A stretch of DNA of 64,000 nucleotides, from assembly GCA_028819545.1 (NCBI GenBank), contig JAPPLG010000019.1, positions 2,494 through 66,493 of the forward strand. Reading direction: 5' to 3'. This DNA comes from Bdellovibrionales bacterium. Lineage in GTDB: Bacteria > Bdellovibrionota > Bdellovibrionia > Bdellovibrionales > UBA1609. Numbering within the stretch: position 1 is the first letter of the stretch; the number at the start of each line of letters is the position of its first letter. Under the pieces are notes generated by a model. It saw only the letters and a program-made list of their open reading frames with translations. It had not been told where the DNA came from and did not search any database. Below are positions 10,319-22,915 of this stretch, piece by piece. The position numbers were made by a program, and so were the translations under genes.

Positions 10319-10753
10319 TTGTCCTTACAATTTTATGAAGTTATAGTGGCTCTTTCCCCATCTACAGAGGAAAGCAAGCAAAAAGAACTCTTTAGTCAAA
10401 TTCAAAAAGTGATCAAAGATTTTGGAGGATCTCTCCACCATATCGATCTTTTGGGCACTCGAGCACTTGCCAACACGGGGAAGAAAAAACCTTTCAGACG
10501 CGCTTGTTATTTTCATTTCGCATATCAATCAAACCCTGAGGCTGTTTATGAAGTCAACCGCCTGTTTAGAATGAGAGATTTTGTTTTGTATTCTCATCAC
10601 GAAAACCTGGATAATAGAATTTCTTTGGACAAACATTATGACACATTTGAAAAAATCTTAAAAGACTCCCTGGAAAGAGAAGAGGCCAGACAGGCCCGTC
10701 TACAAATAAAAAGAAAAAAGTTTGAAAGCACTCGCGAGGTTGCATCAAGGTGA
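10319..10753 (+). CDS. rpsF: 30S ribosomal protein S6 (with C-terminal extension)
   Basis: TTG start. YEVIVALSP....G.......D.LGTRALA...K....ACYFHFAY pattern of S6. 144 aa. Confidence 0.85.
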   Translation: MSLQFYEVIVALSPSTEESKQKELFSQIQKVIKDFGGSLHHIDLLGTRALANTGKKKPFRRACYFHFAYQSNPEAVYEVNRLFRMRDFVLYSHHENLDNRISLDKHYDTFEKILKDSLEREEARQARLQIKRKKFESTREVASR

Positions 10754-11310
10754 AAGTTATTTTAAAGACAGATGTACATCATGTGGGGAGAGCCGGACAG
10801 ATTTTAAACGTAAAAGACGGCTATGCCAGAAATTATCTTCTTCCAAGAAAAATGGCTATCCCAGCTGAATCTAAAAGTCTAAAGGAATGGAACTATAAAA
10901 AGAAAGTTGCAGAACTTCGTTCCAAGAAAGCACAACTACTCCGAAATGAAATTGGCAAAAAGATGGAAGGAGTAAAACTCTCTTTTCAAAAACAAACAAC
11001 TAAACAGGGAAAGCTGTTTGGATCTATTACTGTCAATGACATTTCTTCCAAATTAAAAACACAAGGTTTTGATATTGATAAAAAATTCATTCAACTGTCA
11101 GCTCCCATTAAGGCTGTTGGAGATTATAAGATAGATATAGATTTAGGGGAAAGCTCGGTTTCTATTGAAGTTTCAGTTCAAGTAGAAAAACAAAAAAGTG
11201 AAAAACCATCCACCCTTTCAAAGTTAGTTAAACTTTCAAAGTCCCTAACAGGCCAATCCCCAAAACAGGAAGAGCCTGCTGACACAGACTCTCCTGAAAC
11301 TAAGAAATAA
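10750..11310 (+). CDS. rplI: 50S ribosomal protein L9
   Basis: GTG start. MKVILKTDVHHVGRAGQILNVKDGYARNYLLPRKMAIPA is a canonical L9 N-terminus. Confidence 0.9.
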   Translation: MKVILKTDVHHVGRAGQILNVKDGYARNYLLPRKMAIPAESKSLKEWNYKKKVAELRSKKAQLLRNEIGKKMEGVKLSFQKQTTKQGKLFGSITVNDISSKLKTQGFDIDKKFIQLSAPIKAVGDYKIDIDLGESSVSIEVSVQVEKQKSEKPSTLSKLVKLSKSLTGQSPKQEEPADTDSPETKK

Positions 11311-11324
11311 ATTTTTTTTTTAAA

Positions 11325-11624
11325 TTAAAGCTGACCGACCATCAAAATAGAAATAACTAAAGAAAATATGACAATAGACTCAATGAAAACCAATCCTAAA
11401 ATCATTGAAGTAAACATATTTTTTTGAGCTTGAGGATTGCGGGCAAGCCCTTCCATTGCTGAAGATCCAATTTTCCCCTGACCTAAAGTTCCTCCAACAG
11501 CCGCAAGACCTATTGCAAGAGCCGCTCCTAAAGCAAAAAACCCTTTATCGCTTATACCTCCTGCTTCTGCATAAGCTAAAGCTTGCATAAATATTACACT
11601 TAATAAAACTATTCCTCTTTTCAT
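11325..11624 (-). CDS. atpE: F0F1 ATP synthase subunit c
   Basis: 99 aa hairpin protein with GLAAVGG..GQGKIGSSAMEGLARNPQA...LGLVFIESIVIF (carboxylate E in helix 2). Confidence 0.9.
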   Translation of the reverse strand: MKRGIVLLSVIFMQALAYAEAGGISDKGFFALGAALAIGLAAVGGTLGQGKIGSSAMEGLARNPQAQKNMFTSMILGLVFIESIVIFSLVISILMVGQL

Positions 11625-11634
11625 TTAATCCTCC

Positions 11635-12306
11635 TTAGTGATCTTCAGATATAGCCATAGAAAAATAAATCATTGTCAGCATAGTAAAAACAAAAGCCTG
11701 CATCGTGCAAACAAAAAGACCTAAAAAATAAAAAATAACCGGCACCACAATAGGAACCAAATCCACAAAAGTAGAAAGTATTGCATGGTCTCCCGTCATG
11801 TTTCCATAAAGCCTAAGACCTAAGCTTATAGGACGCATGATGTGGGAAATAATTTCCAAAAACAAAAAGAACGGAGCAATAGCCCAAATAGGGCCTAAAA
11901 ATTGACGAATATAAGCCCATTTATGATGCTTAATTCCATAAAAGTTGTAGAGGCCGAAAGCACAAACCCCAAAAGCAAAAGTTGAATTAAGGTTATCTGT
12001 AGCGGCAGAAAAACCGGGAATTAAAGTAAAAAGATTTTGGAGCCATATAATTAAGAATATGGCTCCAAAAATAGGAACCATTTTACGTCCCGGAGGTCCA
12101 ATGACTGAATCACTCAAACCTATGATAAAAGAGGTAAAAAGCTCTATTAAGGCTTTAAAAGAGGGTGTTTTTGCAGGCTCCATAGTGCTCTTTAAAGCAA
12201 GACGCCCAAACACAACAAAAAGTATAACGACTATAAATGCGATTAAAGCAGAAAAGAGATGTGCTTCATCTCCTAAAAAAAGCTGTCCCCAATTAAAGTG
12301 AATCAT
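11635..12306 (-). CDS. atpB: F0F1 ATP synthase subunit a
   Basis: 223 aa polytopic protein with ISLGLRLYGNMTGDH (conserved Arg of subunit a). Lies upstream of atpE. Confidence 0.9.
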   Translation of the reverse strand: MIHFNWGQLFLGDEAHLFSALIAFIVVILFVVFGRLALKSTMEPAKTPSFKALIELFTSFIIGLSDSVIGPPGRKMVPIFGAIFLIIWLQNLFTLIPGFSAATDNLNSTFAFGVCAFGLYNFYGIKHHKWAYIRQFLGPIWAIAPFFLFLEIISHIMRPISLGLRLYGNMTGDHAILSTFVDLVPIVVPVIFYFLGLFVCTMQAFVFTMLTMIYFSMAISEDH

Positions 12307-12634
12307 ACTTTATAGCCTCTAAACTTAGTCCTAATAAGTAAAAAAACATTATAGATAGACCCACTAAAAAAGAAAGTCCATCAATATATGCACTTAAAAT
12401 ATAAATAATTAAAGCAAGGAAAGAGTACTTTAAAAGTAAAAAAACCACAGAAACAGATCTTAAAGGAAAAAGCCAAAATAAAAACTCCATATTTAAAAAG
12501 ACTAATAATATGCCACAGAGCACAGAGCTAAATGACAGAGACCAAAAGTAAGAGGCGAGTAAAATTAAGACTCCTCCACAACTTTGTGAGACCCAAAAAC
12601 AAGGTTTTCTTTTTAAGATTGAAGTTTTTTCCAT
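12293..12634 (-). CDS. atpI: ATP synthase protein I-like membrane protein
   Basis: 4-TM small protein directly upstream of atpB. I prefer the internal start MEKTSILKRK (12634) over the 136-aa ORF-track start, which overlaps the upstream small ORF. Confidence 0.5.
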   Translation of the reverse strand: MEKTSILKRKPCFWVSQSCGGVLILLASYFWSLSFSSVLCGILLVFLNMEFLFWLFPLRSVSVVFLLLKYSFLALIIYILSAYIDGLSFLVGLSIMFFYLLGLSLEAIKYDSL

Positions 12635-12783
12635 ATAAAAAAAGCCCAAATTGCAAACGCCAAAATAATCCCTCCGGCCTGGAAGATTCCCTGCGTCTCC
12701 CATACCTGATCTAAAGCAAAGCCTACCAAAAAGCCAGCTCCTATAAACCCCACCAACTCAAAAGCTATTGTCATCCATTTCAT
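12613..12783 (-). CDS. AtpZ/AtpR-like small membrane protein, 56 aa (not in ORF track)
   Basis: Hand translation: MKWMTIAFELVGFIGAGFLVGFALDQVWETQGIFQAGGIILAFAIWAFFIWKKLQS. A two-TM hairpin at the head of an atp operon fits the ATPase_gene1/AtpZ family. Confidence 0.5.
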   Translation of the reverse strand: MKWMTIAFELVGFIGAGFLVGFALDQVWETQGIFQAGGIILAFAIWAFFIWKKLQS

Positions 12784-12786
12784 AAT

Positions 12787-13578
12787 TTACCTTGTTGAAT
12801 TTGCCGAATTTTCTTTTCTATGACGCCAATGCCTGTTTTTCACCTCCGAAAAAGGCCAACGAACATCCTTCAGCTCTTCTATAGCTTCTGAAAAACGCTC
12901 CTCTTCCTCCAACAACAACGCCGTATAAAAAGCTCCCTGCATTTTATCAAAAAATTGAGGGCTTTCTTTTTTAATATTTGTAAAAAGCTCCAAAGCCTCT
13001 TCTCTTTTTTTACTTAAAACCAACAGTCTCGCTTTTATAAATTGAATTTCCATTTTCTTACGAGTTTCTAAACTTTCCATCCCTAACAATAACGACACAG
13101 ATTTTAAAGCTTCACTAAAAGACTCCTTTTTTATTTGAGCCTCCAGCAAATTATAAAGAATTGTATAGTTTTCAGGTTGATGATTTAAAACTTTTTTCAA
13201 CTCCAAAATAGCCTCTGAGTGAAGAAATAAATAATTTTGATAAATATCTGCTTTCTGCTTCCAAATATCTACTTTTTCTTCAAGCTTCATATTTTTTGTT
13301 TCCAGATAATTCAACAAACTAAGAGTTGAATGGTATTCTTTTTTTTGAAGACACAAAGATACACTTTTCTTTATTTCTATTACAGATAGATCATAAATAA
13401 ATTGGCGACTTAATTTTGAACAGTTTTTTGCAGATAAAGCTCTTTTGATTTTTAGCCTTGGAACAAAAAAACAATGGCAAAGACTCAAACATAAAAATAA
13501 AACAACAAGTCTTGTGATTCCACGACTACTGAATAAGATTGTTCTCTCCTGAGTCGTCAGAAAGATCTTCCTCTTCAT
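12787..13578 (-). CDS. TPR-like repeat protein, probable lipoprotein or secreted
   Basis: Helical repeat sequence ([24 protein letters not shown]...). N-terminal hydrophobic segment [13 protein letters not shown]. Start taken at MKRK (13578); it still overlaps the gyrA 3' end. Confidence 0.55.
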   Translation of the reverse strand: MKRKIFLTTQERTILFSSRGITRLVVLFLCLSLCHCFFVPRLKIKRALSAKNCSKLSRQFIYDLSVIEIKKSVSLCLQKKEYHSTLSLLNYLETKNMKLEEKVDIWKQKADIYQNYLFLHSEAILELKKVLNHQPENYTILYNLLEAQIKKESFSEALKSVSLLLGMESLETRKKMEIQFIKARLLVLSKKREEALELFTNIKKESPQFFDKMQGAFYTALLLEEEERFSEAIEELKDVRWPFSEVKNRHWRHRKENSANSTR

Positions 13579-16015
13579 CAATAACACTAACCCCTGTAAC
13601 ATACTCCTGCTCTTTCAATCGAATAATTTTAACTCCCTGTGTGTGGCGGCCTTTTTGAGAAATGTCTTCACAGGAAAAACGAATTGTCTGCCCTTTATTT
13701 GTGACTAACAAAATTTGCTGAGAAGGTAAAACCAATAATGCATCTGCCAAGCCCAACCCTGTTCTTTCTGTAAGCTTATGAACTTTAACCCCTTTTCCTC
13801 CTCTTGCAATAGTTCGAATTTCATCCACACTTGCGACCTTCCCGTAGCCTTTACTGCTCACAGTGAAAAGCTTGGCTTCTTTTTCAGGTTGAATGGCATG
13901 AACACCTATAACCTGATCCCCGGAATTTAACCGAACCCCAGCGACTCCTGAAGAACTTCGACTTTTAATGGAGCGAACAGTTTCTATAGGAAAGCGAACC
14001 CCCATTCCTTTTTTAGTAATAATTAAAATGTGATCATCAGGCTTACTGATAACAGCCTTAACCAATTGATCTTTTTCTTTTATTCCTAAAGCTATTAATC
14101 CTTTCGTCCACCTTCTTGCAAAAAAAGACAGCTCTGTTTTTTTAAATACCCCTTGGGCGCTCACCATACAAAGATGATGTCCGGGAACTGAAAAATCCTC
14201 TACAGGAACAACAGAGCGAATTTGCTCGTCTGACTCAAAAGGGAGAATGTTTCGAATGGAACGACTCTTTGATGTTCTTGTTCCAAAGGGAACCTGGAAG
14301 GCATCCATCTGAAAAAGTCTTCCCTTATTTGTTAAGACAATCAGAATTGTATGCGTATTTACACAAAGGGTTTCCCAAACCCAATCTTCATTTGGACCTA
14401 AATCCACCCCTTTAAGCCCAACTCCCCCGCGTTTTTGCAGTTTATATTCATCCAACAAAATTCTTTTAACACCAGAGTTACGGGTAATTAAAACAACAAC
14501 ATCCTCTTTAGCAATAAGGTCTCTGTCTGTAAAATCATCTTCTGCCGCTTCAATTTGAGTCATTCTCGGTTTGGAAAACTTACCTCTGATATCTTCCAAC
14601 TCTTCTCGAATAACCTGATCTATAGCCTTCGGATCCGCTAAAGTGTTTTTTATATTTTGAATGTGTTCTTTTAAAGATTGCCACTCCTGAACAATTTTTT
14701 CTCTTTCCAGACCTGTAAGCTTTTGAAGACGAAGATCTAAGATCGCCTGAGCCTGTTTAGCGGAAAGATCAAAAGATTCCATTAAGCCTTTTTTAGCTGA
14801 GGCTGTCTCTTTTGAACTTCTTATCAAAGAAATAACAGCATCTAAATGGTTCAAAGCTTTTGTAAGCCCTTCTAAAATATGCATGCGCTCCTGTGCTTTG
14901 TTGAGTTCAAAGATTAAGCGCCGGGTAACCACATCTCTTCGATGCGCTAAAAATGCCTGTAAAATTTCTTTTATAGAAAAAGTTTGCGGGCGCCCTTCTC
15001 GATCTAAAGCCAGAAGGTTTATTCCAAAACTGGTTTGAAGCCTTGTTTGTTTATAAAGGTTGTTTAGAACGACTTGTGCGTTTTCTTGTTTTTTCAAGAC
15101 AATAACAATTCTCATTCCTTCTCGGGAAGACTCATCCCTTATATCTGAAATTCCTTCCAGAGTCTTATCTCGAACCTGTGCCGCAATATTTTCAATCAAT
15201 ATAGATTTATTTACCTGATAAGGAATTTCCGTAACCACTATTTGTTCTCTATTCCCCTCTTTCTCAACATCCGCTTTGGCTCTCATCCGAATGGTGCCGC
15301 GCCCTTCCCGATAGGCCTTTAGAATACCCCCCTGTCCTACAATAGCACCTGCTGTGGGAAAATCCGGACCAGGAATAATTTTAAAAATCTCTTCTATAGT
15401 TAAATCCTTTTCCAAAAGAGAAATACAAGCTTCAATCACTTCTCCTAAATTATGCGGAGGAACGTTTGAAGCCATCCCAACAGCAATTCCAGAGCTTCCA
15501 TTTATTAACAAATTAGGAACTTTTGAGGGTAAAACTGTAGGTATCAAAAGAGAATCGTCATAGTTCCACTCAAAATCACAAGTGTCTTTTTCAATATCTG
15601 CAAGAAGTTCTCCCGCCAACTCTGTCATTCGAATTTCTGTATATCGAGATGCGGCGGCTGTATCCCCGTCTATAGATCCAAAGTTTCCCTGACCATCAAC
15701 AAGAATATGATTCATCGAAAAGTCTTGAGCCATTCTTACAATGCTGTCATAGACAGCGGCTTCTCCGTGTGGGTGATATTTACCTATCACATCTCCAACA
15801 ACACGGGCTGATTTTTTATAAGGTTTATCAAAAGTATTTCCCAAATCTCTCATAGCAAAGAGAATTCTTCGGTGTACCGGTTTCAAACCATCTCTTACAT
15901 CCGGCAAGGCTCTACCTACAATAACACTCATAGAGTATTGCAGATAAGACTCTTTCATCTCTTTTGAGATATCTACAGGAAAAATATTATTATTTGAAAA
16001 CTCATCCATTGCCAT
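13526..16015 (-). CDS. gyrA: DNA gyrase subunit A
   Basis: 829 aa with [35 protein letters not shown] and [10 protein letters not shown] (active-site Tyr region). Confidence 0.97.
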   Translation of the reverse strand: MAMDEFSNNNIFPVDISKEMKESYLQYSMSVIVGRALPDVRDGLKPVHRRILFAMRDLGNTFDKPYKKSARVVGDVIGKYHPHGEAAVYDSIVRMAQDFSMNHILVDGQGNFGSIDGDTAAASRYTEIRMTELAGELLADIEKDTCDFEWNYDDSLLIPTVLPSKVPNLLINGSSGIAVGMASNVPPHNLGEVIEACISLLEKDLTIEEIFKIIPGPDFPTAGAIVGQGGILKAYREGRGTIRMRAKADVEKEGNREQIVVTEIPYQVNKSILIENIAAQVRDKTLEGISDIRDESSREGMRIVIVLKKQENAQVVLNNLYKQTRLQTSFGINLLALDREGRPQTFSIKEILQAFLAHRRDVVTRRLIFELNKAQERMHILEGLTKALNHLDAVISLIRSSKETASAKKGLMESFDLSAKQAQAILDLRLQKLTGLEREKIVQEWQSLKEHIQNIKNTLADPKAIDQVIREELEDIRGKFSKPRMTQIEAAEDDFTDRDLIAKEDVVVLITRNSGVKRILLDEYKLQKRGGVGLKGVDLGPNEDWVWETLCVNTHTILIVLTNKGRLFQMDAFQVPFGTRTSKSRSIRNILPFESDEQIRSVVPVEDFSVPGHHLCMVSAQGVFKKTELSFFARRWTKGLIALGIKEKDQLVKAVISKPDDHILIITKKGMGVRFPIETVRSIKSRSSSGVAGVRLNSGDQVIGVHAIQPEKEAKLFTVSSKGYGKVASVDEIRTIARGGKGVKVHKLTERTGLGLADALLVLPSQQILLVTNKGQTIRFSCEDISQKGRHTQGVKIIRLKEQEYVTGVSVIDEEEDLSDDSGENNLIQ

Positions 16016-16020
16016 AGCCC

Positions 16021-19519
<3,499 letters not shown>

Positions 19520-19520
19520 A

Positions 19521-20621
19521 TCAAAGTTTCATGGGCATAATAATAGAAGCCCCTCTTGTTTTTTTTGCCCGAACCACCCCTGGAGAAGAGGGGTCTGTCA
19601 TCTCCCAAATCACGTTCTCTCCTGAGGTGTGAAGAAGGCAGTCCAGCACATACTTGGCGTTGAAACGAATAGAAAGGCTTGAAGAGCCCTGAACTAAAGG
19701 AATCTCTTCTTTAGCATCCCCAAAGTCAGGGTGGCTTGCTGTTAAAATAAGTTTTTCTTTTTCCCACTGAAACTTTACGTTTTTTGACTGAAGACTGGAA
19801 AGAATAGACACCCTTTTTAAAGCTTGTATTAACGCTTCACGATTAATTTCAATTTGTACTTTAGAACTTTTAGGCAACAATCTTTGGTAATTGGGGTACT
19901 GCCCCTCTATCAGACGAATGCTCAACAGGAAAGAGCTGTACCGAACCAAAACCCTGGGGGGGCTAAGAGCTATGGAGACCGTGCTGTCCTCTTCCGTTGA
20001 AATAAGACGTTGAATTTCATGAAGCCCCTTTCTTGGAACAATAATGCCCTCGGAAAGCTCAAGTTTTTCACTCCCATCAATCTCTGAGTAACTCAAGCGG
20101 TGTCCATCAGTAGCTACAAATCGAATATACTTACCTTTCTTTTCAAAAAAGACTCCATTTAAATGATACCTGGTCTCGTCTGTAGAAACACAATAAAGTG
20201 TTTGATCTATTGCAGACGCCAATGAGCTGGCTTCTAAAGAAAAGAAAGATGGGTTTTTCATTTCAGGAAAAACAGGAAAGTCTGAAGGAGAAACGCCAAC
20301 CATGTTAAAAACAGAACTTGGTGTTTTTATTCGAAGTCCTTCTTTTTTTTCAACTTTTTCAAGAGAGATTTCCCCTTCAGGAAGCTCTTTTATAATTTCA
20401 AAAAATGTTCTGGAATCGACACAGGCTTCCCCGGGTTTCCCTGTAACTTCAACTTGGCCTTGCAGGCTGTTTTCCTGATCTGTAACAAAAATTTTAAGAT
20501 GCTTTCCTTCAACCTTGAGCAAGGCTTTTGAAAGGATTGGAATCAAATTTCTTTTTTCTACTAAACTTTGTGAGGGAAGAAGAAGATTTAAGAGTTTATC
20601 TTTGTCTATTCGAGCCTGCAT
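19521..20621 (-). CDS. dnaN: DNA polymerase III beta sliding clamp
   Basis: 366 aa. Lies between dnaA and recF, with typical clamp features (ILSK.LL, ETRY.LNGV). Confidence 0.93.
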   Translation of the reverse strand: MQARIDKDKLLNLLLPSQSLVEKRNLIPILSKALLKVEGKHLKIFVTDQENSLQGQVEVTGKPGEACVDSRTFFEIIKELPEGEISLEKVEKKEGLRIKTPSSVFNMVGVSPSDFPVFPEMKNPSFFSLEASSLASAIDQTLYCVSTDETRYHLNGVFFEKKGKYIRFVATDGHRLSYSEIDGSEKLELSEGIIVPRKGLHEIQRLISTEEDSTVSIALSPPRVLVRYSSFLLSIRLIEGQYPNYQRLLPKSSKVQIEINREALIQALKRVSILSSLQSKNVKFQWEKEKLILTASHPDFGDAKEEIPLVQGSSSLSIRFNAKYVLDCLLHTSGENVIWEMTDPSSPGVVRAKKTRGASIIMPMKL

Positions 20622-20819
20622 TCTTCCTTCCTCTATATATTTATATCACTTGTAGAAGTAATAGTCTCTGTTTGTTTTGTTGAAAATCAAGGTATCCCCT
20701 TAAATATCTAAAGCTTTTTGTTATACCTTGGTGTTCATATTTTTGTTTGCATTCTGTTGTTTTTACTGTTGAAAATCAAGATTAAATAAAGAGAAAAGCT
20801 TTGTTTTGTGTATAAAATG
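20622..20819. other. dnaA-dnaN intergenic region, candidate oriC or regulatory region
   Basis: 198 bp, AT-rich. An exact 14-mer TGTTGAAAATCAAG occurs at 20678-20691 and 20767-20780. TTGTTTTGT recurs three times. Only one 8/9 DnaA-box-like site (TGTGTATAA, about 20806). Confidence 0.35.
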
Positions 20820-22106
20820 TTAAAATAAGGAAGGGCTTTTGTTTTTTTTGAGGGCATGTAATACTGTGGAATGGCTTCTCCCCCCAAAAATCCTACCCAA
20901 ATCATTCAAAGATAGGTGCGGGAAGCTCTCGTGAACTTGGCAAAGAGCTTTGTTTCTAGCTGTAACAATGTGTTTCGATCTTTGTGGGGAGCAGAGTTGA
21001 GCGGGGGTAATTTGATAAGACTCTGCGACATCTTTTATAATTTTTTGTATTTCCTGAGGAATACCTTTTGAAAAATTCTTTGTGAAAATGTGACGAACAG
21101 TTTTTAAGCAAGGCTCCCTGTTTTGAATCTCACAAGACATCTTTATTTTATTTAAAACACCCTCTATTTCACGAATGGAAGAAAGGGGTTTTTTTGCAAT
21201 AAAAGTTAGAACTTCACTAGGAACAGATATGCGCCTCTCTTGAGCTTTTCTTTGTAAGATGGCCATGCGTGTTTCAAACTTTGGGCGTTCAATATGCGCA
21301 GATAGCCCTCCGGAAAGACGTGTTTGAAGGCGGGTTTGAAGCTTCTTTATTGCTCTTGGAGGGCGGTCGCAGGTACAGACAATTAAACCTCCTTTTTGGT
21401 GAATAACGTTAAATGTGTGGAAAAACTCCTCTTGGCTGGCAGTTCCTTTTTCAAGGATTTGAATATCATCCACCAGAAAAACGTCGACTTGTTCTCTATA
21501 CTTTTTCCTAAAATCATCCATTTGGCCGCAACGAATGGCTGTAATACATTCATAAAGAAAACGTTCTGCAGATAGGTAGCAGACTCTATGTGTTTTTTGT
21601 AATTTACGTCCCATGGAATGGAGAAGGTGAGTTTTTCCAAGTCCGGTTTCGCCATAAATGAAAAAGGGGCTGTTTGGGCTGTGAAGTGGTGTTTTAGCAA
21701 GGGCCTTTGCCGTATAAAAAGCCAGGTTGTTTTCTTCTGAGTGGCCGGGAACAAAGCTTTCAAAGGTATATGAAGAGTTAAAGAGAGAGGTTTTCTGTTG
21801 AATAAAGTCATCTTGTTTTTGAGGAACAGGGGATAAAACTCTTTTTTGTCTTTGTTTTGAGACCACTATATTGATTTCAAAAGGTTCGCCTGAAAGGAGG
21901 CAGGCAAGCTCTTTCTCAAAAGAGTGAATCAGTTTTTTTTCTATACGGTCTTTGTAGAAGAGAGAAGGAACAAAAAGGGTAAAAACCCGCCCCTTTTGAG
22001 AGGAGCTTTCTTTTAAATTTAGGGCTTCCAAGCAAGATAAGATAGGAGAATAACCTTGGTTTTTATCTTTTAAAATTTGAATTACTTGCTGACAAATAGT
22101 CGACAT
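20820..22106 (-). CDS. dnaA: chromosomal replication initiator DnaA
   Basis: AAA+ block PFFIYGETGLGKTHLL and VFLVDDIQ. C-terminal DNA-binding block RSKHIVTARNKALC...LSLNDLGRIFGGRSHSTVLHA. Start taken at MSTICQQ (22106); the ORF track extends to 22142. Confidence 0.95.
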   Translation of the reverse strand: MSTICQQVIQILKDKNQGYSPILSCLEALNLKESSSQKGRVFTLFVPSLFYKDRIEKKLIHSFEKELACLLSGEPFEINIVVSKQRQKRVLSPVPQKQDDFIQQKTSLFNSSYTFESFVPGHSEENNLAFYTAKALAKTPLHSPNSPFFIYGETGLGKTHLLHSMGRKLQKTHRVCYLSAERFLYECITAIRCGQMDDFRKKYREQVDVFLVDDIQILEKGTASQEEFFHTFNVIHQKGGLIVCTCDRPPRAIKKLQTRLQTRLSGGLSAHIERPKFETRMAILQRKAQERRISVPSEVLTFIAKKPLSSIREIEGVLNKIKMSCEIQNREPCLKTVRHIFTKNFSKGIPQEIQKIIKDVAESYQITPAQLCSPQRSKHIVTARNKALCQVHESFPHLSLNDLGRIFGGRSHSTVLHALKKNKSPSLF

Positions 22107-22226
22107 ACTTCTCCAAGAAGGCAAAACGAAAAAAGAACACAAGGGCTAACATAAAGGAGGGGTTGACGAGAAGAGGCAAACCATGTTTTATACAAACGCG
22201 TCAAAATTTTACTGAGGTTTTTTGCT

Positions 22227-22376
22227 GTGAAAAGAACATATCAACCATCTCGAAGAAAAAGAAAAACAACACACGGTTTTCGTTTGCGCATGGCAACATC
22301 AAAGGGCAGAGAAGTTCTCTCTCGGCGTCGTTCAAAAGGACGAAAAGTTTTAAGCGTTCAGGTTCGTGGCAAATAA
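22227..22376 (+). CDS. rpmH: 50S ribosomal protein L34 (49 aa, missed by the ORF track)
   Basis: GTG start. Hand translation [49 protein letters not shown] matches the invariant KRT(Y/F)QPS..KR...HGFR L34 signature. Lies directly upstream of rnpA. Confidence 0.88.
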   Translation: MKRTYQPSRRKRKTTHGFRLRMATSKGREVLSRRRSKGRKVLSVQVRGK

Positions 22377-22689
22377 AATTATTCCTTTGAGTTTGAAAAA
22401 GGATTTTACAAAACTCTATGAAGAAGGGGCTGTTTTAAAAAAGGGAGGTATTGTTCTTCGTTGTGTTAAGAATAAAAAAGGTTTAAGGGTGGCTTTTGGT
22501 TTGTCTGGCAAGATTGTTAGAACGGCTGTCAAAAGAAATAGAATAAAACGGTGGAGCAGGCAAATTTTAAGAGAAGCTGTTTTTTTGAAAAAAATCTCTT
22601 TGGATATTCTTATTACAGTTGTAACAGAACAAAAAAGTTATGAACGCTTTAAGAAAAACTTTGAATACCTTCTGGAGCAAACCCTTTGA
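22366..22689 (+). CDS. rnpA: ribonuclease P protein component
   Basis: 107 aa basic protein with the RNR motif region [13 protein letters not shown]. Lies between rpmH and yidD. Confidence 0.85.
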   Translation: MANKIIPLSLKKDFTKLYEEGAVLKKGGIVLRCVKNKKGLRVAFGLSGKIVRTAVKRNRIKRWSRQILREAVFLKKISLDILITVVTEQKSYERFKKNFEYLLEQTL

Positions 22690-22696
22690 GCAAACC

Positions 22697-22915
22697 TTGA
22701 AAAAAGTATTTCTTCTTTTTATAAGGGTATATAGGTGTCATTTATCCGGATTTTTAGGAGGGTCATGTCGTTTTGTACCCTCATGTTCTTGTTATGCAGA
22801 AGAGGCACTCCGAAAATTTTCTTTTTTAAAAGCTTGTACTCTTATTTTTAAAAGACTTATGAGCTGTCACCCTCTTCAGAAAAACTATGGATATGACCCT
22901 GTGGAGGATATTTAA
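22697..22915 (+). CDS. yidD: membrane protein insertion efficiency factor YidD
   Basis: FLLFIRVYRCHLSGFLGGSCRFVPSCSCYAEEAL...HPLQKNYGYDPV is the YidD signature. I prefer the TTG start at 22697 (MKKVFLLFIRVY), just after the rnpA stop; the ORF-track start is 22640. Confidence 0.8.
   Translation: MKKVFLLFIRVYRCHLSGFLGGSCRFVPSCSCYAEEALRKFSFLKACTLIFKRLMSCHPLQKNYGYDPVEDI

Noticed and set aside
12635-12703. Upstream extension of the AtpI-like ORF (MGDAGNLPGRRDYFGV...). The same issue applies to 56623-56721 for the TadC-like ORF and 22107-22142 for dnaA.
   Set aside because: The extensions overlap the preceding gene or promoter region and are not hydrophobic or family-like. Internal Met starts give products consistent with the families.
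22163-22390. 75-aa ORF from the track between dnaA and rnpA
   Set aside because: It is out of frame with a textbook L34 (rpmH) reading frame at 22227-22376. Its TTG start is part of a TTGACG -35-like hexamer, and the translated sequence has no protein-like features.
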